DNA of 64,000 nt from Chthoniobacterales bacterium. GTDB lineage: Bacteria > Verrucomicrobiota > Verrucomicrobiia > Chthoniobacterales > UBA10450. A model generated the notes under the pieces. That model was not told where the DNA came from and did no database searches. It worked only from the letters and a program-made list of their open reading frames with translations. Of the stretch, positions 1 through 8,573 are shown one piece after another. The stretch spans positions 1,392 through 65,391 of the forward strand of contig JBBRQE010000001.1 in NCBI GenBank assembly GCA_038226905.1, written 5' to 3'. Within the stretch, counting starts at the first letter, position 1. The number at the start of each line of letters is the position of its first letter. The position numbers and the translations under genes are program-made.

Positions 1-2
1 TG

Positions 3-233
3 GAACGGCGCCGGCCCAAAGGCGAAACGGAACATGTCATCTTTTACTGCGATCGTTGCCAGGGTCTGGTCGAGGATATCGAGTTCGATTGCGCTGACAT
101 CGTCGAGCATTTCAGCCGGGCCATGCTCGAGTTCTGGAAGGACGACGTCCGGCGGATTTGCAAGCAGTGCGGAGCCAAAGTGGAAAAACCCGAGCCGGTC
201 AAGCCGTTTGCAGAAGTGACGAGTGGCCAGTGA
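3..233 (+). CDS. nbaC: 3-hydroxyanthranilate 3,4-dioxygenase, C-terminal fragment (5' end lies outside the window)
   Basis: Frame 3 is open from the window edge to TGA 231-233. It reads ...ETEHVIFYCDRCQGLVEDIEFDCADIVEHFSRAMLEFWKDDVRRICKQCGAKVEKPEP. The paired CxxC...CxxC rubredoxin-like tail is typical of bacterial HAO. It is absent from the ORF track because it has no in-window start. ACMSD follows 57 nt downstream. Confidence 0.7.
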   Translation, partial: ERRRPKGETEHVIFYCDRCQGLVEDIEFDCADIVEHFSRAMLEFWKDDVRRICKQCGAKVEKPEPVKPFAEVTSGQ

Positions 234-289
234 CGAGTTTCGTAGGGCAAGGCGTGGTTTCTTGTCACTAATCACTCGTCACGTCCTCT

Positions 290-1330
290 ATGAAGATCGA
301 TCTGCACACCCATATCCTTCCGCACGACTGGCCGGACCTGGACGCGCGCTACGGCTATTCCGGGTTCGTTAGGCTGGATCATTACAAGCCTTGTTGCGCC
401 CGCATGATGAAGGGCGGCGCTGTTTTTCGCGAGATCTCCGACAACGTCTGGGATCCCCGGCGTCGCATCGAGGAGTGCGACCAGAACGGCGTGGGCCTGC
501 AAGTTCTCTCCACCGTCCCGGTCATGTTTAGTTATTGGGCAAAACCGAAAGACACGCTCGATCTTTCGCGCCGTCTGAATGATCACATTGCCGAAGTGGT
601 GCGAACTTATCCCACCCGATTTACCGGGCTTGCCACCATTCCGCTACAGGACCCGGAGATGGCGGCGGGCGAGCTGGAACGTTGCGTGAAGGAACTTGGC
701 CTGCGCGGAGCGGAGATCGGGACACACGTCGATGCCAATACCCACCTGGGTCGGACGGAGTCCCTCAATCTGGACGACGTATCGTTAGACCCTGTCTGGG
801 GCGCAGCCGAGCAATTGGGCGCGGCCATTTTCGTCCATCCGTGGGACATGGCGGGGAAAGAGCGGATGCCGAAGTTCTGGCTTCCCTGGCTGGTGGGCAT
901 GCCGGCCGAAACTTCCCTGGCCATCTGTTCCATGATGTTCGGCGGCGTCTTTGAACGCTTTCCGAAGTTGCGCGTGGCCTTCGCCCACGGCGGCGGGTCT
1001 TTTCCCTTCACGGCCGGCCGGATCGAGCACGGATTCCAGGTGCGCCCGGACCTGTGCGCCACGGTGAACAAGGTTAGCCCGGCCGATTACCTGGCGGGCG
1101 GAGGAAAACCGGCTCGCTTCTATGTCGACTCGTTAGTCCACCATCCCGAGGCCTTGCGCCTGCTCCTCAAACTTTTCGGAGCGGAACGGATCGCGCTCGG
1201 CTCCGATTATCCGTTCCCTCTGGGGGAAGCGCGCCCTGGCCAATTGATCGAGTCGATGGCGGACCTGCCGGCGGAGGACAAGGATCGTCTTCTTTCCGGA
1301 ACGGCGCGGGAATTCCTCGGTCTAAGCTGA
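290..1330 (+). CDS. nbaD: 2-amino-3-carboxymuconate-6-semialdehyde decarboxylase (ACMSD, amidohydrolase_2 family)
   Basis: 346 aa. N-terminal metal motif [11 protein letters not shown], internal FVHPWD and AFAHGGG, C-terminal [10 protein letters not shown]. Length and motifs fit ACMSD, and it sits next to HAO. Confidence 0.8.
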   Translation: MKIDLHTHILPHDWPDLDARYGYSGFVRLDHYKPCCARMMKGGAVFREISDNVWDPRRRIEECDQNGVGLQVLSTVPVMFSYWAKPKDTLDLSRRLNDHIAEVVRTYPTRFTGLATIPLQDPEMAAGELERCVKELGLRGAEIGTHVDANTHLGRTESLNLDDVSLDPVWGAAEQLGAAIFVHPWDMAGKERMPKFWLPWLVGMPAETSLAICSMMFGGVFERFPKLRVAFAHGGGSFPFTAGRIEHGFQVRPDLCATVNKVSPADYLAGGGKPARFYVDSLVHHPEALRLLLKLFGAERIALGSDYPFPLGEARPGQLIESMADLPAEDKDRLLSGTAREFLGLS

Positions 1331-2944
1331 AGCCACCGGCTCGATGGCCGGCTCGGCCGCGACCGATACGGGCTCCGGCGCAACGGCCGGTTGCGTCATG
1401 CCGTAGTTGTTTTGCCGCGAGGTCTCTTCGCGCGCGCCCCAGGACCGCCACCCTTCCGTCAGTTCAAGCCATGCCCACTTCAGTATCGGTCGAAACAGCT
1501 TTTTCATATCGCCGCGGTCGAGGGTGAACCCTGGAATGAGGCATCGGTTTCCACGGTTCGTTTTACCGAGCGCATGGTCCCGCCGACGGCGCCGCGCGAT
1601 GGCAGCAAAGCGGCGGTTGTAAAGGCGCATGCCCTGGAAAACCGGGCGCGACAACGGACTGTTAAACGGCGGCTCCAGCAGGGCGCGCGGTCCCAATTTG
1701 AAAGGCTGCGAAACAATCCCGAGATAATAAAATCCCAGATCAAGACGGAATGCCATGCTCATCAAATCCCATTCGCCGATGTAATCGTATTTGTTTTTAT
1801 AAACAGCGTTGAACCACGAATGATAACTCTGGCTGAACTCGCGATTGTGCCGCGCGATCGATTCCGTTAACGCTTCTCCGCGCTGTTGCCGGCTGATGAG
1901 ATCCACGCCCGCGCTCGCCGTGAAAGCAATCCAATCCATCCCGGGACTGTAAAACGGATCAAGAAATCCGGCGGCGTCGCCCACCAGAACAAAGCCATCG
2001 CCAGCCGTGGTCGTGCTGTAATAGGCAAGATTCCGCCGCCAATGCACATCGCCCTCATCGAACTCTGCGTCCGCAATCATTTCGCGGCCCACCGGATGTT
2101 GCATGAGAAAGCTCTTCAGGCGTTCGCCGATTTTCCCGCCTTCCTGCGGCCATGTTACCTGACGCTGATCGAAGACGACGCCCACGCTCACATCCCCGCC
2201 TTTCAACGGAATCCACCAACTCCACCAGCCATCGCCCATGACGTGGTTGGTGGCCGTGTTGCGCACGGAATGAATGGCGGCGTCCCACTCGGGAAATTTC
2301 TGAGCCAGCTCAAGACTGTCCCAGTCCTGCACGCCTTTCCAACGGGCCCACGCCGCCGCGGTGGGGTGCTCGCTGTTTTGGCGCCACCAGCCCTGCTTGT
2401 GCGCGAGCAGGGCGCCGACCCCGGAAGCGTCCACCACCCAACGCGCGTGAATCGTTTCGGTCACCTCGCCACTGCGAAGCGAGACAGTCTGGTCGCCTCC
2501 AGGGGAAAGATCCACACTCGTCACGCTGGCCGGACGCCGCAGCTCCGCGCCCGCCGCGCAGGCTCGGCGCAGCACTTCTTCATCGAGGGTGGCGCGGTCC
2601 AGTAGGTAAGAAGGCAGCCGCACCTGGTAGCGCCCGCCGAGTTCGCTCGCCTCGCCCATCGACTGCGTCTCGTCATTACTGAACCAAAAGCGCAGCCCCT
2701 GTTTGACCAGATGTTCTTCGTTAAGATACTTCGTTAGGCCAAGAATACGTCCGAGAAAAAAAGCGCTTACCTCCACGGTGGCTTCCCCCACCCGTCTCGA
2801 AAGTTTGGCGGACTTTTCAATAATGAGGAGACGGAGTCCGGGATTCTGCCGCAAAAGCAGAAGGGCGGTGGAGGCACCGTAGAGCGCGCCGCCAATGACA
2901 ACCACATCGTAGGAGGTCTCTAGCTCCGCAGTCATTGTGTCCAC
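1322..2944 (-). CDS. FAD-dependent oxidoreductase, flavin-dependent halogenase-like (copy 1)
   Basis: 540 aa. GxGxxG ([12 protein letters not shown]), Lys81 in HLVKQGLRF, WxWxIP (GWWSWWIPL) and FxxPxxSxG (FLDPFYSPG). Its 3' end overlaps the ACMSD 3' end by 9 nt (convergent). Confidence 0.7.
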   Translation of the reverse strand: MDTMTAELETSYDVVVIGGALYGASTALLLLRQNPGLRLLIIEKSAKLSRRVGEATVEVSAFFLGRILGLTKYLNEEHLVKQGLRFWFSNDETQSMGEASELGGRYQVRLPSYLLDRATLDEEVLRRACAAGAELRRPASVTSVDLSPGGDQTVSLRSGEVTETIHARWVVDASGVGALLAHKQGWWRQNSEHPTAAAWARWKGVQDWDSLELAQKFPEWDAAIHSVRNTATNHVMGDGWWSWWIPLKGGDVSVGVVFDQRQVTWPQEGGKIGERLKSFLMQHPVGREMIADAEFDEGDVHWRRNLAYYSTTTAGDGFVLVGDAAGFLDPFYSPGMDWIAFTASAGVDLISRQQRGEALTESIARHNREFSQSYHSWFNAVYKNKYDYIGEWDLMSMAFRLDLGFYYLGIVSQPFKLGPRALLEPPFNSPLSRPVFQGMRLYNRRFAAIARRRRRDHALGKTNRGNRCLIPGFTLDRGDMKKLFRPILKWAWLELTEGWRSWGAREETSRQNNYGMTQPAVAPEPVSVAAEPAIEPVASA

Positions 2945-3076
2945 TCCGGGAGAATATGCGGGGCGGGCGCGCTGGCAATTAAACTCACAGGCGGCCCCGG
3001 GTCACCGAACCGCCAGCTGATGGAACATTACAAAAATCTGAGGGAACGGGCGCTTGCCCAATTACACATTGGACGC

Positions 3077-3098
3077 GGGCGATTGGGGTCAATCGCCC
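3077..3098. repeat. Perfect 9-bp hairpin GGGCGATTG-GGGT-CAATCGCCC, member of a recurring post-stop hairpin family
   Basis: Read directly from the sequence. It lies 8 nt 3' of the antiporter stop codon (3107-3109, minus strand). Near-identical copy at 22621-22641. No T-run follows. Confidence 0.7.
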
Positions 3099-3106
3099 CT
3101 ACCTGA

Positions 3107-4384
3107 TTAATCTTGAGAGACATCCGCGGTAGAATGCGCGCCGCTGCCCACCAAGCGTTCAAAGAGCGGTGATGCCATAAGGGTGGTGATGACCGCCATG
3201 ACGACCAGCGCGGCAAAGAGCCCTTCTGAAATGACACCGCGCTGCAGGCCGATATTGATAATGATCAACTCCATCAGTCCGCGCGCGTTCATCAGGGTGC
3301 CGATCCCAAGGGCTTCGCGATTCGGGATGCCGGTGGCGCGCGCCGCCAGCCAACAGGCCACTCCCTTGCCCAGCACGGCGGCCAGCAGCACCGCGCCGCA
3401 CATGGCCCAGAGAAACGGCGTGTTGAGCAGCCCGATCCGGGTGTTCAACCCCGAGTAGGTAAAGAACAGCGGGAGAAGCAACGCCACGGTGAGCGGTTGT
3501 ATTCTCGCACACATATCCCGGCCGACGATGCCGCGCGGCATGGCCGCGCCCATGACAAATGCGCCGAAGACTGCGTGCAATCCGATCAGGTCAGTGAACC
3601 ACGCCCCCAGCGCCATGAAAGCGAGCCCCACCATTAACCCCGTCTCGCTCAGACTCCCATCTCTGACCAATCTAGCCTGGTACCGCCCAAAAAGGGGTCG
3701 CACCACACTCAAAACAAAAATCACGTAAGCCGCGCCGCCCCCAATGTTCAGCAGAGCGTGTCCCCAATTATTTTCGAAACTGGCCAGGACAACCGCGAGC
3801 AGGCACCAGGCTGTGGCATCGTTAATCGCACCCGCTCCCAGCGCCACCGTGCCCATGGTAGTCCCTGCCAGTTTTTTAAACTGGATAATCCGCGCCAACA
3901 TGGGAAACGCGGTGATGCACATGGAGGCACCGAGGAAAAGCGCCGCCTCGCCCAGCGTGGTTTTTTTTGGAAAGAGATCGGTGGAACAAAAAAGAATCCA
4001 AGCCAGACCGGCGCCCAGTAGGAAGGGAGCGACCATCCCTGCGACGGAAACAGCAATCGCACTTCGCAAGTTTTTCCGGATGACATCGACCCTGAATTCC
4101 ATCCCGACGACGAACATGTAAAGCGCGAGCCCGAGCTGGGAAGCGGGAAAGAGATAACTCTGCGTGTCGCGCGACTGCTGAGTGCCATCCCAGGGAAAGA
4201 GCCAGTGCTGCGCTTCCGGCCAGAGAACCCCGAAAAGGGAAGGCCCGAGCAACACGCCTGCCACCATTTCGGCAACCACTTGCGGCTGGCCAAACCGCAG
4301 GGCCACCGCGCCAACCAGCCGGCAAAAGAGCAGGATGACCGCGAGTTGCAGAAAGAATTGAACGGCAAGATGCAGGTTGTTCAT
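3107..4384 (-). CDS. Cation:proton antiporter (CPA2 / Kef-type Na+/H+ exchanger family)
   Basis: 425 aa, polytopic. N-terminus MNNLHLAVQFFLQLAVILLFCRLVGAVALRFGQPQVVAEMVAGVLLGPSLFG is the typical CPA2 start, with about 12 hydrophobic segments. Confidence 0.75.
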   Translation of the reverse strand: MNNLHLAVQFFLQLAVILLFCRLVGAVALRFGQPQVVAEMVAGVLLGPSLFGVLWPEAQHWLFPWDGTQQSRDTQSYLFPASQLGLALYMFVVGMEFRVDVIRKNLRSAIAVSVAGMVAPFLLGAGLAWILFCSTDLFPKKTTLGEAALFLGASMCITAFPMLARIIQFKKLAGTTMGTVALGAGAINDATAWCLLAVVLASFENNWGHALLNIGGGAAYVIFVLSVVRPLFGRYQARLVRDGSLSETGLMVGLAFMALGAWFTDLIGLHAVFGAFVMGAAMPRGIVGRDMCARIQPLTVALLLPLFFTYSGLNTRIGLLNTPFLWAMCGAVLLAAVLGKGVACWLAARATGIPNREALGIGTLMNARGLMELIIINIGLQRGVISEGLFAALVVMAVITTLMASPLFERLVGSGAHSTADVSQD

Positions 4385-4459
4385 GAAAGTGGCTGACGAG
4401 GTCTAGCGACTGGACTCAGTTCAATCCAGACGAAAGCCAGACCGGTTGAGCCCGGCGGG

Positions 4460-5764
4460 TCAGACCCCGGCTGAAATGGATTCCGGCACGGGTTCCTCAA
4501 CTCTCTGCGGAACAAGCGAAAGTCTGGGCGAAAGAGCCACAAAACGCTGCAGCCTGACGAACAAATAAAACAGCCACATGCGCCACCTGATGGCAAAGGT
4601 GGCGCCTTCGTTGCCGGCCAGCACGGAATTCACAGCCGGCGCGATTTGCAGCATATTTGTGGGGTTAAGAAACACCTCCATGAATTCTTTGCCGCTGTAC
4701 CAGGCGGTCACGAAGGTTAGGTAGGTGTCCATGACGCGATTCAAGGTGCGCGCATAGCGTTTAAAGAGGCGGGGCCCGAGCGATTCATCATCCAAAACCC
4801 GGTCGAGCGCATCGGCCGCTTTCTCGGCCGATCCGATGGCGAGAAAAACGCCGCTGCTAAAGACCGGGTCGATAAACCCCGCAGCGTCGCCCACCAGCAG
4901 CCAGCGCTCCCCATAAAGGGGGGCGTTCCGGTAGGAGTAATCACCCGCGGAATGAACCGGCGTAACCCTCTCTGCTCTCGTCATTTTCTCCAGCATCATC
5001 GGCTGCTCATTGATGCATTGATCAAGAGCGGCCTCGGGAGACAACTTCATGGTCCGAAACGTAGAGGTGTCCATGACCACCCCGACACTCATGCGCGTCG
5101 GCGAGAGCGGAATCATCCAGAACCAGCGGTCCAGCCCGCGCACCATCCGGATCAGGGTGCCATCGATGCCATCCGGGCGATCGACGTTTTCATAATGCGC
5201 GAAGAGGGAGAACTTTTGCAGATGCTCGTAAGATTTCTTCAACTGGAAGAAATTTCCGACCACTGTCTGCCGTCCGCTGCAATCGAGCAGGTAAAGGGCC
5301 CGCACGACGGAGGAGCCGCGCCCAGCCGTTTCCACGTTCAGCTCGACCCCATCTCGGCCAAACGAAATGCCGTTAACCGTTGTTTCCTCTCGCACTTCCG
5401 CGCCGTTCTCGCGCGAGTGATCGAGCAAAAGCTGATCGAATTCAGAGCGCGTCACCTGATAGGAGCGGTCGCGACGGGAGCGAAATCCGTCTTTGAAATA
5501 AAACTTAATGTCTTTCGATCCACAGGCCGCCACGATTTGGCCGCCATGTTTGGGCATAAAGGCACGGTCCAGTTTTTCGCGCACCCCGAGGCGATCAAAA
5601 GCCTGCAGGCTGAAAGGGAGAAGAGATTCACCAATATGAAAGCGAGGGAACTTTTCCCGCTCCAGAACTACGACCCGCCTCCCGACTCGGGCGAGCAGCG
5701 TGGCTGCCGTGCTGCCGCCAGGTCCGCCCCCGATAATGGCTACGTCGTAGATTTCCGAGGTCAT
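4460..5764 (-). CDS. FAD-dependent oxidoreductase, flavin-dependent halogenase-like (copy 2)
   Basis: The ORF is open to 5926, but the ATG at 5764 (MTSEIYDVAIIGGGPGGST) gives a normal N-terminus and removes the overlap with kynA. 434 aa. Lys72 in FMPKHGGQI, WxWxIP (RWFWMIPL), FxxPxxSxG (FIDPVFSSG). Starts 17 nt after the kynA stop. Confidence 0.7.
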   Translation of the reverse strand: MTSEIYDVAIIGGGPGGSTAATLLARVGRRVVVLEREKFPRFHIGESLLPFSLQAFDRLGVREKLDRAFMPKHGGQIVAACGSKDIKFYFKDGFRSRRDRSYQVTRSEFDQLLLDHSRENGAEVREETTVNGISFGRDGVELNVETAGRGSSVVRALYLLDCSGRQTVVGNFFQLKKSYEHLQKFSLFAHYENVDRPDGIDGTLIRMVRGLDRWFWMIPLSPTRMSVGVVMDTSTFRTMKLSPEAALDQCINEQPMMLEKMTRAERVTPVHSAGDYSYRNAPLYGERWLLVGDAAGFIDPVFSSGVFLAIGSAEKAADALDRVLDDESLGPRLFKRYARTLNRVMDTYLTFVTAWYSGKEFMEVFLNPTNMLQIAPAVNSVLAGNEGATFAIRWRMWLFYLFVRLQRFVALSPRLSLVPQRVEEPVPESISAGV

Positions 5765-5781
5765 CAACCTGCTCCTCGTCG

Positions 5782-6567
5782 TTACATCAGGCGGCGGATG
5801 GCCCATAAATCCGGGAAGATGGGATTGAAGAGCGATTGCTTGAGGAAAGGCACGCCCGGCGACCCGCCTGTGCCGGTCTTCGCACCGATCGTCCGTTCGA
5901 CCAGTTTGATATGGCGGTAACGCCATTCCTGGAGACCCTCGTCAAAATCGGTCATTAACTCCAAGAGGATGGAGACTTCCGGCGACTCTCGATAGAGCCG
6001 CATAATCTCGCTCTGGATCTGCTCGTTAGGCTGGTTCGGCTCGGTCAGGTCGCGCTTCCTTAGCTCGGGCGGAATCGAGGCCCCGCGGGTTTCCAGGAAA
6101 TCGTAAAAATGATCGATCACGCTACGCTCATCCCGCCGGCGCTCCAACCGGTCGTAGCCAAGCATGTCCGGCTTTAGATATTGAAAGGTGACGGCCCGTT
6201 TGTAGCCCAGCAGAAATTCCAGCTCGCGAAACTGAATCGACTGAAATCCCGAGGCCGTATCGAGCCGGTCGCGAAAACTGGAGAAGGAGGATGGGGTCAT
6301 GGTCTCAAGGATATCAATCTGACCGACCAGCGTCTTCATGATGGTGCGCGCACGCTTGAAAGAGTGAATGGCGTCGAACAGCTTGCCCGCGGAAAAGTCT
6401 TTTTTAATTCGGTCGAACTCGTGCAGCAACTGCTTGAACCAGAGCTCGTAGGTTTGATGGATGATGATGAAAAGCATCTCGTCGTGCTCGGCCGGCGTGG
6501 AGCGCGGGTTCTGCAGCGTGAGCAGTTTCTCCAGATCGAGATAGTTCGCGTAAGTCAGGGGCGGCAT
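5782..6567 (-). CDS. kynA: Tryptophan 2,3-dioxygenase
   Basis: 261 aa. LTYANYLDLEKLL, HQTYELWFKQ, SGFQSIQFRELEF, WRYRHIKLVERTIGAKTGTGGSPGVPFL. All are hallmark TDO blocks. Confidence 0.9.
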   Translation of the reverse strand: MPPLTYANYLDLEKLLTLQNPRSTPAEHDEMLFIIIHQTYELWFKQLLHEFDRIKKDFSAGKLFDAIHSFKRARTIMKTLVGQIDILETMTPSSFSSFRDRLDTASGFQSIQFRELEFLLGYKRAVTFQYLKPDMLGYDRLERRRDERSVIDHFYDFLETRGASIPPELRKRDLTEPNQPNEQIQSEIMRLYRESPEVSILLELMTDFDEGLQEWRYRHIKLVERTIGAKTGTGGSPGVPFLKQSLFNPIFPDLWAIRRLM

Positions 6568-6680
6568 GGATCACGATACTAGAAGCTGAATCACGCGCCC
6601 GAAAAGACTTCTCTCCGCAGCCCGACCCGAAGGGGGAGAGCCAGCTCATCGACCTTGAAGGAGAGTCCGCGGACTCCCCA

Positions 6681-7124
6681 TCACTCCGTGCGCAGCGCTT
6701 GCAATGGACTGACGAGGGTCGCCCGGCGCGCCGGGACGACACAGGCGACCAGAGCAGCCAGTGCCAGAATTATCGCGGTGGCCCCGAGCAGGAGCGGATT
6801 GTGCGGCGAAATTTGGTAAAGCTGCGCGGTAAGCAGGCGGCCAACGGCAATTGTCGCCCGCCACTCTGGGCACGAGTGCGACCGTCCAAAGCGCCAGACA
6901 AACGCCGGCGGCGCCACCTCGTTCTGATGTCCGACCAGCATCCATTGAGTCGCAAAGATGGTTTCCCGTTCCTTGGCAAAGACCTCCGGAGCGACAAAAT
7001 ATCGCTGCGGCAGAGCCTGCGCATCGCGCGGGGAACGCTTCGAGACCGTTGCGTGGTCGAGCTCCCGATGGTGTCTGTATTCGCGCCCGCGGAATTTGTT
7101 GACCTGCCAGCCGGAGTCCACCAT
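6681..7124 (-). pseudogene. Chimeric remnant: 5' fragment of a Rieske-type oxygenase alpha subunit fused to the 3' end of an FtsX/MacB-type ABC permease
   Basis: The N-terminal half (ALPQRYFVAPEVFAKERETIFATQWMLVGHQNEV) looks like a ring-hydroxylating oxygenase N-terminus, but it ends before any CxH...CxxH Rieske motif. The last ~50 aa (AVGRLLTAQLYQISPHNPLLLGATAIILALAALVACVVPARRATLVSPLQALRTE) look like the extreme C-terminus of an FtsX-family permease. Confidence 0.5.
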
Positions 7125-7144
7125 GGGCGGGCCGACGGTAATTT

Positions 7145-7588
7145 CTATTTCAGGACCGCCTGATGGAAGGCATGCCAGTCATCAAGATTGTTCAGGTTAA
7201 TCGCGTCTTGCGGAGCGGAGGCGACATCGTCCATTCCGTTGGCCCGCAGAATGGTCCGGCGAGTGGCGTCTTCATGAATGTAACCGCGCACGGAAGCGTT
7301 ATGCTTCTCAATGGCTTCGGGGGTTAGCGATCTGGCATTCTTCTTAATCCACGCTTCGAATTCGGGATAGGTCGGTTTGTCCTGCTTGATAAATCCGATT
7401 ACCGCCTGGTCCTCGAGCCCAAGCGCAGCGCATGTCATCGCATCGTAGCCACTGCCCAGACCGTGATAGCCGGGAGCAAGTTTCCCCGCCGCTTCCAAAG
7501 AGGTTTTTTGCCAGAGACGAGGAAGATGAAGAACGCCGAGTGGTCCGGCCGTGCCGGAACTGATTAGCGGGACGAAAGTATTAGTCAT
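7145..7588 (-). CDS. Conserved hypothetical protein, DUF5069-like
   Basis: 147 aa. GVLHLPRLWQKTSLEAAGKLAPGY...AALGLEDQAVIGFI resembles my recollection of the DUF5069 pattern (HLPR..DK..L...G.L..Y). The family assignment is from memory only. Confidence 0.5.
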   Translation of the reverse strand: MTNTFVPLISSGTAGPLGVLHLPRLWQKTSLEAAGKLAPGYHGLGSGYDAMTCAALGLEDQAVIGFIKQDKPTYPEFEAWIKKNARSLTPEAIEKHNASVRGYIHEDATRRTILRANGMDDVASAPQDAINLNNLDDWHAFHQAVLK

Positions 7589-7793
7589 GGTGTTGGTTTG
7601 AAGGTCTACATTCCCACGGGGAAGCGAAATACGGAAGTGAGATTGTTAAGGGTAATGAGCCGAAGCTATCAAAAGACAATTCAATTCACCAGGGATTGAT
7701 CGTCGCACAGCGCAGGGCCGGGCGTGGACCCGAAGCGGCCGCTCCCAGAAAGGCTCGCGTTGTATTCCAACGCAGGCAGGACGACGCTTCGGC

Positions 7794-8573
7794 ATGCGCA
7801 TCCGCGTCTTTTTCCTTCTCCTCGCGATTGGCCTAACCAGTTGGTGGACGGAAGCGATCGCCCAACCCACACGCATTTCAGCAGATTTCTTCAAATCCGG
7901 CGATCGCCGCATTGCGGTTGCTCATTTTACGCCGGCGGCGGGCGTGGCGGTTCGCCGCCACGCGGTGGTCTTGTACGGAGCGGGTGGAATTATTCTCGAC
8001 GGCCCCCGGATGCGTCGCGTCGCGCAGGCCCTGGTAGAGGACGGTTACGACGTTTCTCTCATTCATTATTTCAATCGGACCGGGACGTTGTTTGGACGCG
8101 ACAAAAACATGCAGCAGAACTTCGAGGCCTGGCTGGATACGGTGCGTCAGGGCATTGCCCGCATCCGATCGGGCGACGCGCGCCACCGATCGGTTTACGT
8201 CTACGGTTATTCGCTGGGCGCTTTTCTGGCGGTGGCCGCCGCTTCCGACAATGGCGGAGTTGCGGCGGTGGCCGAACACGCGGGTGGTATCTGGAACAAC
8301 CAAAAAAAACGCATCGGACGAATGCCGCCTGTTTTGATGATTCATGGCCAGATCGACCAGCGCGTTCCTCTGGCTCAATACGCGCGACCGTTACGGGCGG
8401 AGCTGCGCCGAAAAAAAGGAGGCGCGACGACCCACTTCTATGCGCACGAGGGTCACGTCTTTTCGAAGTCTGCGCTCGTTCAAGTTCAGCGCGAAGTCCC
8501 GCAGTTTTTCGATTCGATACCAAACCGCGGGCTCGGCGAACTTCCTTCAACGACCGGTCCAGCCAAGAAATAG
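7794..8573 (+). CDS. Secreted alpha/beta hydrolase (dienelactone-hydrolase-like)
   Basis: 259 aa. Signal peptide MRIRVFFLLLAIGLTSWWTEAIAQP, nucleophile elbow GYSLGA, C-terminal IHGQIDQRVP and HEGHVF. The 3' end overlaps the KMO 3' end by 27 nt (convergent). Confidence 0.65.
   Translation: MRIRVFFLLLAIGLTSWWTEAIAQPTRISADFFKSGDRRIAVAHFTPAAGVAVRRHAVVLYGAGGIILDGPRMRRVAQALVEDGYDVSLIHYFNRTGTLFGRDKNMQQNFEAWLDTVRQGIARIRSGDARHRSVYVYGYSLGAFLAVAAASDNGGVAAVAEHAGGIWNNQKKRIGRMPPVLMIHGQIDQRVPLAQYARPLRAELRRKKGGATTHFYAHEGHVFSKSALVQVQREVPQFFDSIPNRGLGELPSTTGPAKK

Noticed and set aside
3028-3237. 69-aa minus-strand ORF spanning the post-stop hairpin and the 3' end of the antiporter gene.
   Set aside because: It overlaps the antiporter coding region out of frame, and its remaining sequence is the translated REP-like hairpin.
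5765-5926. Upstream 54-codon extension of halogenase-like copy 2 that would overlap the kynA 3' end by 145 nt.
   Set aside because: The GxGxxG fold begins 8 residues after the internal ATG 5764, as in related FAD enzymes. The extension is Arg/Pro-rich and overlaps the conserved C-terminus of TDO.
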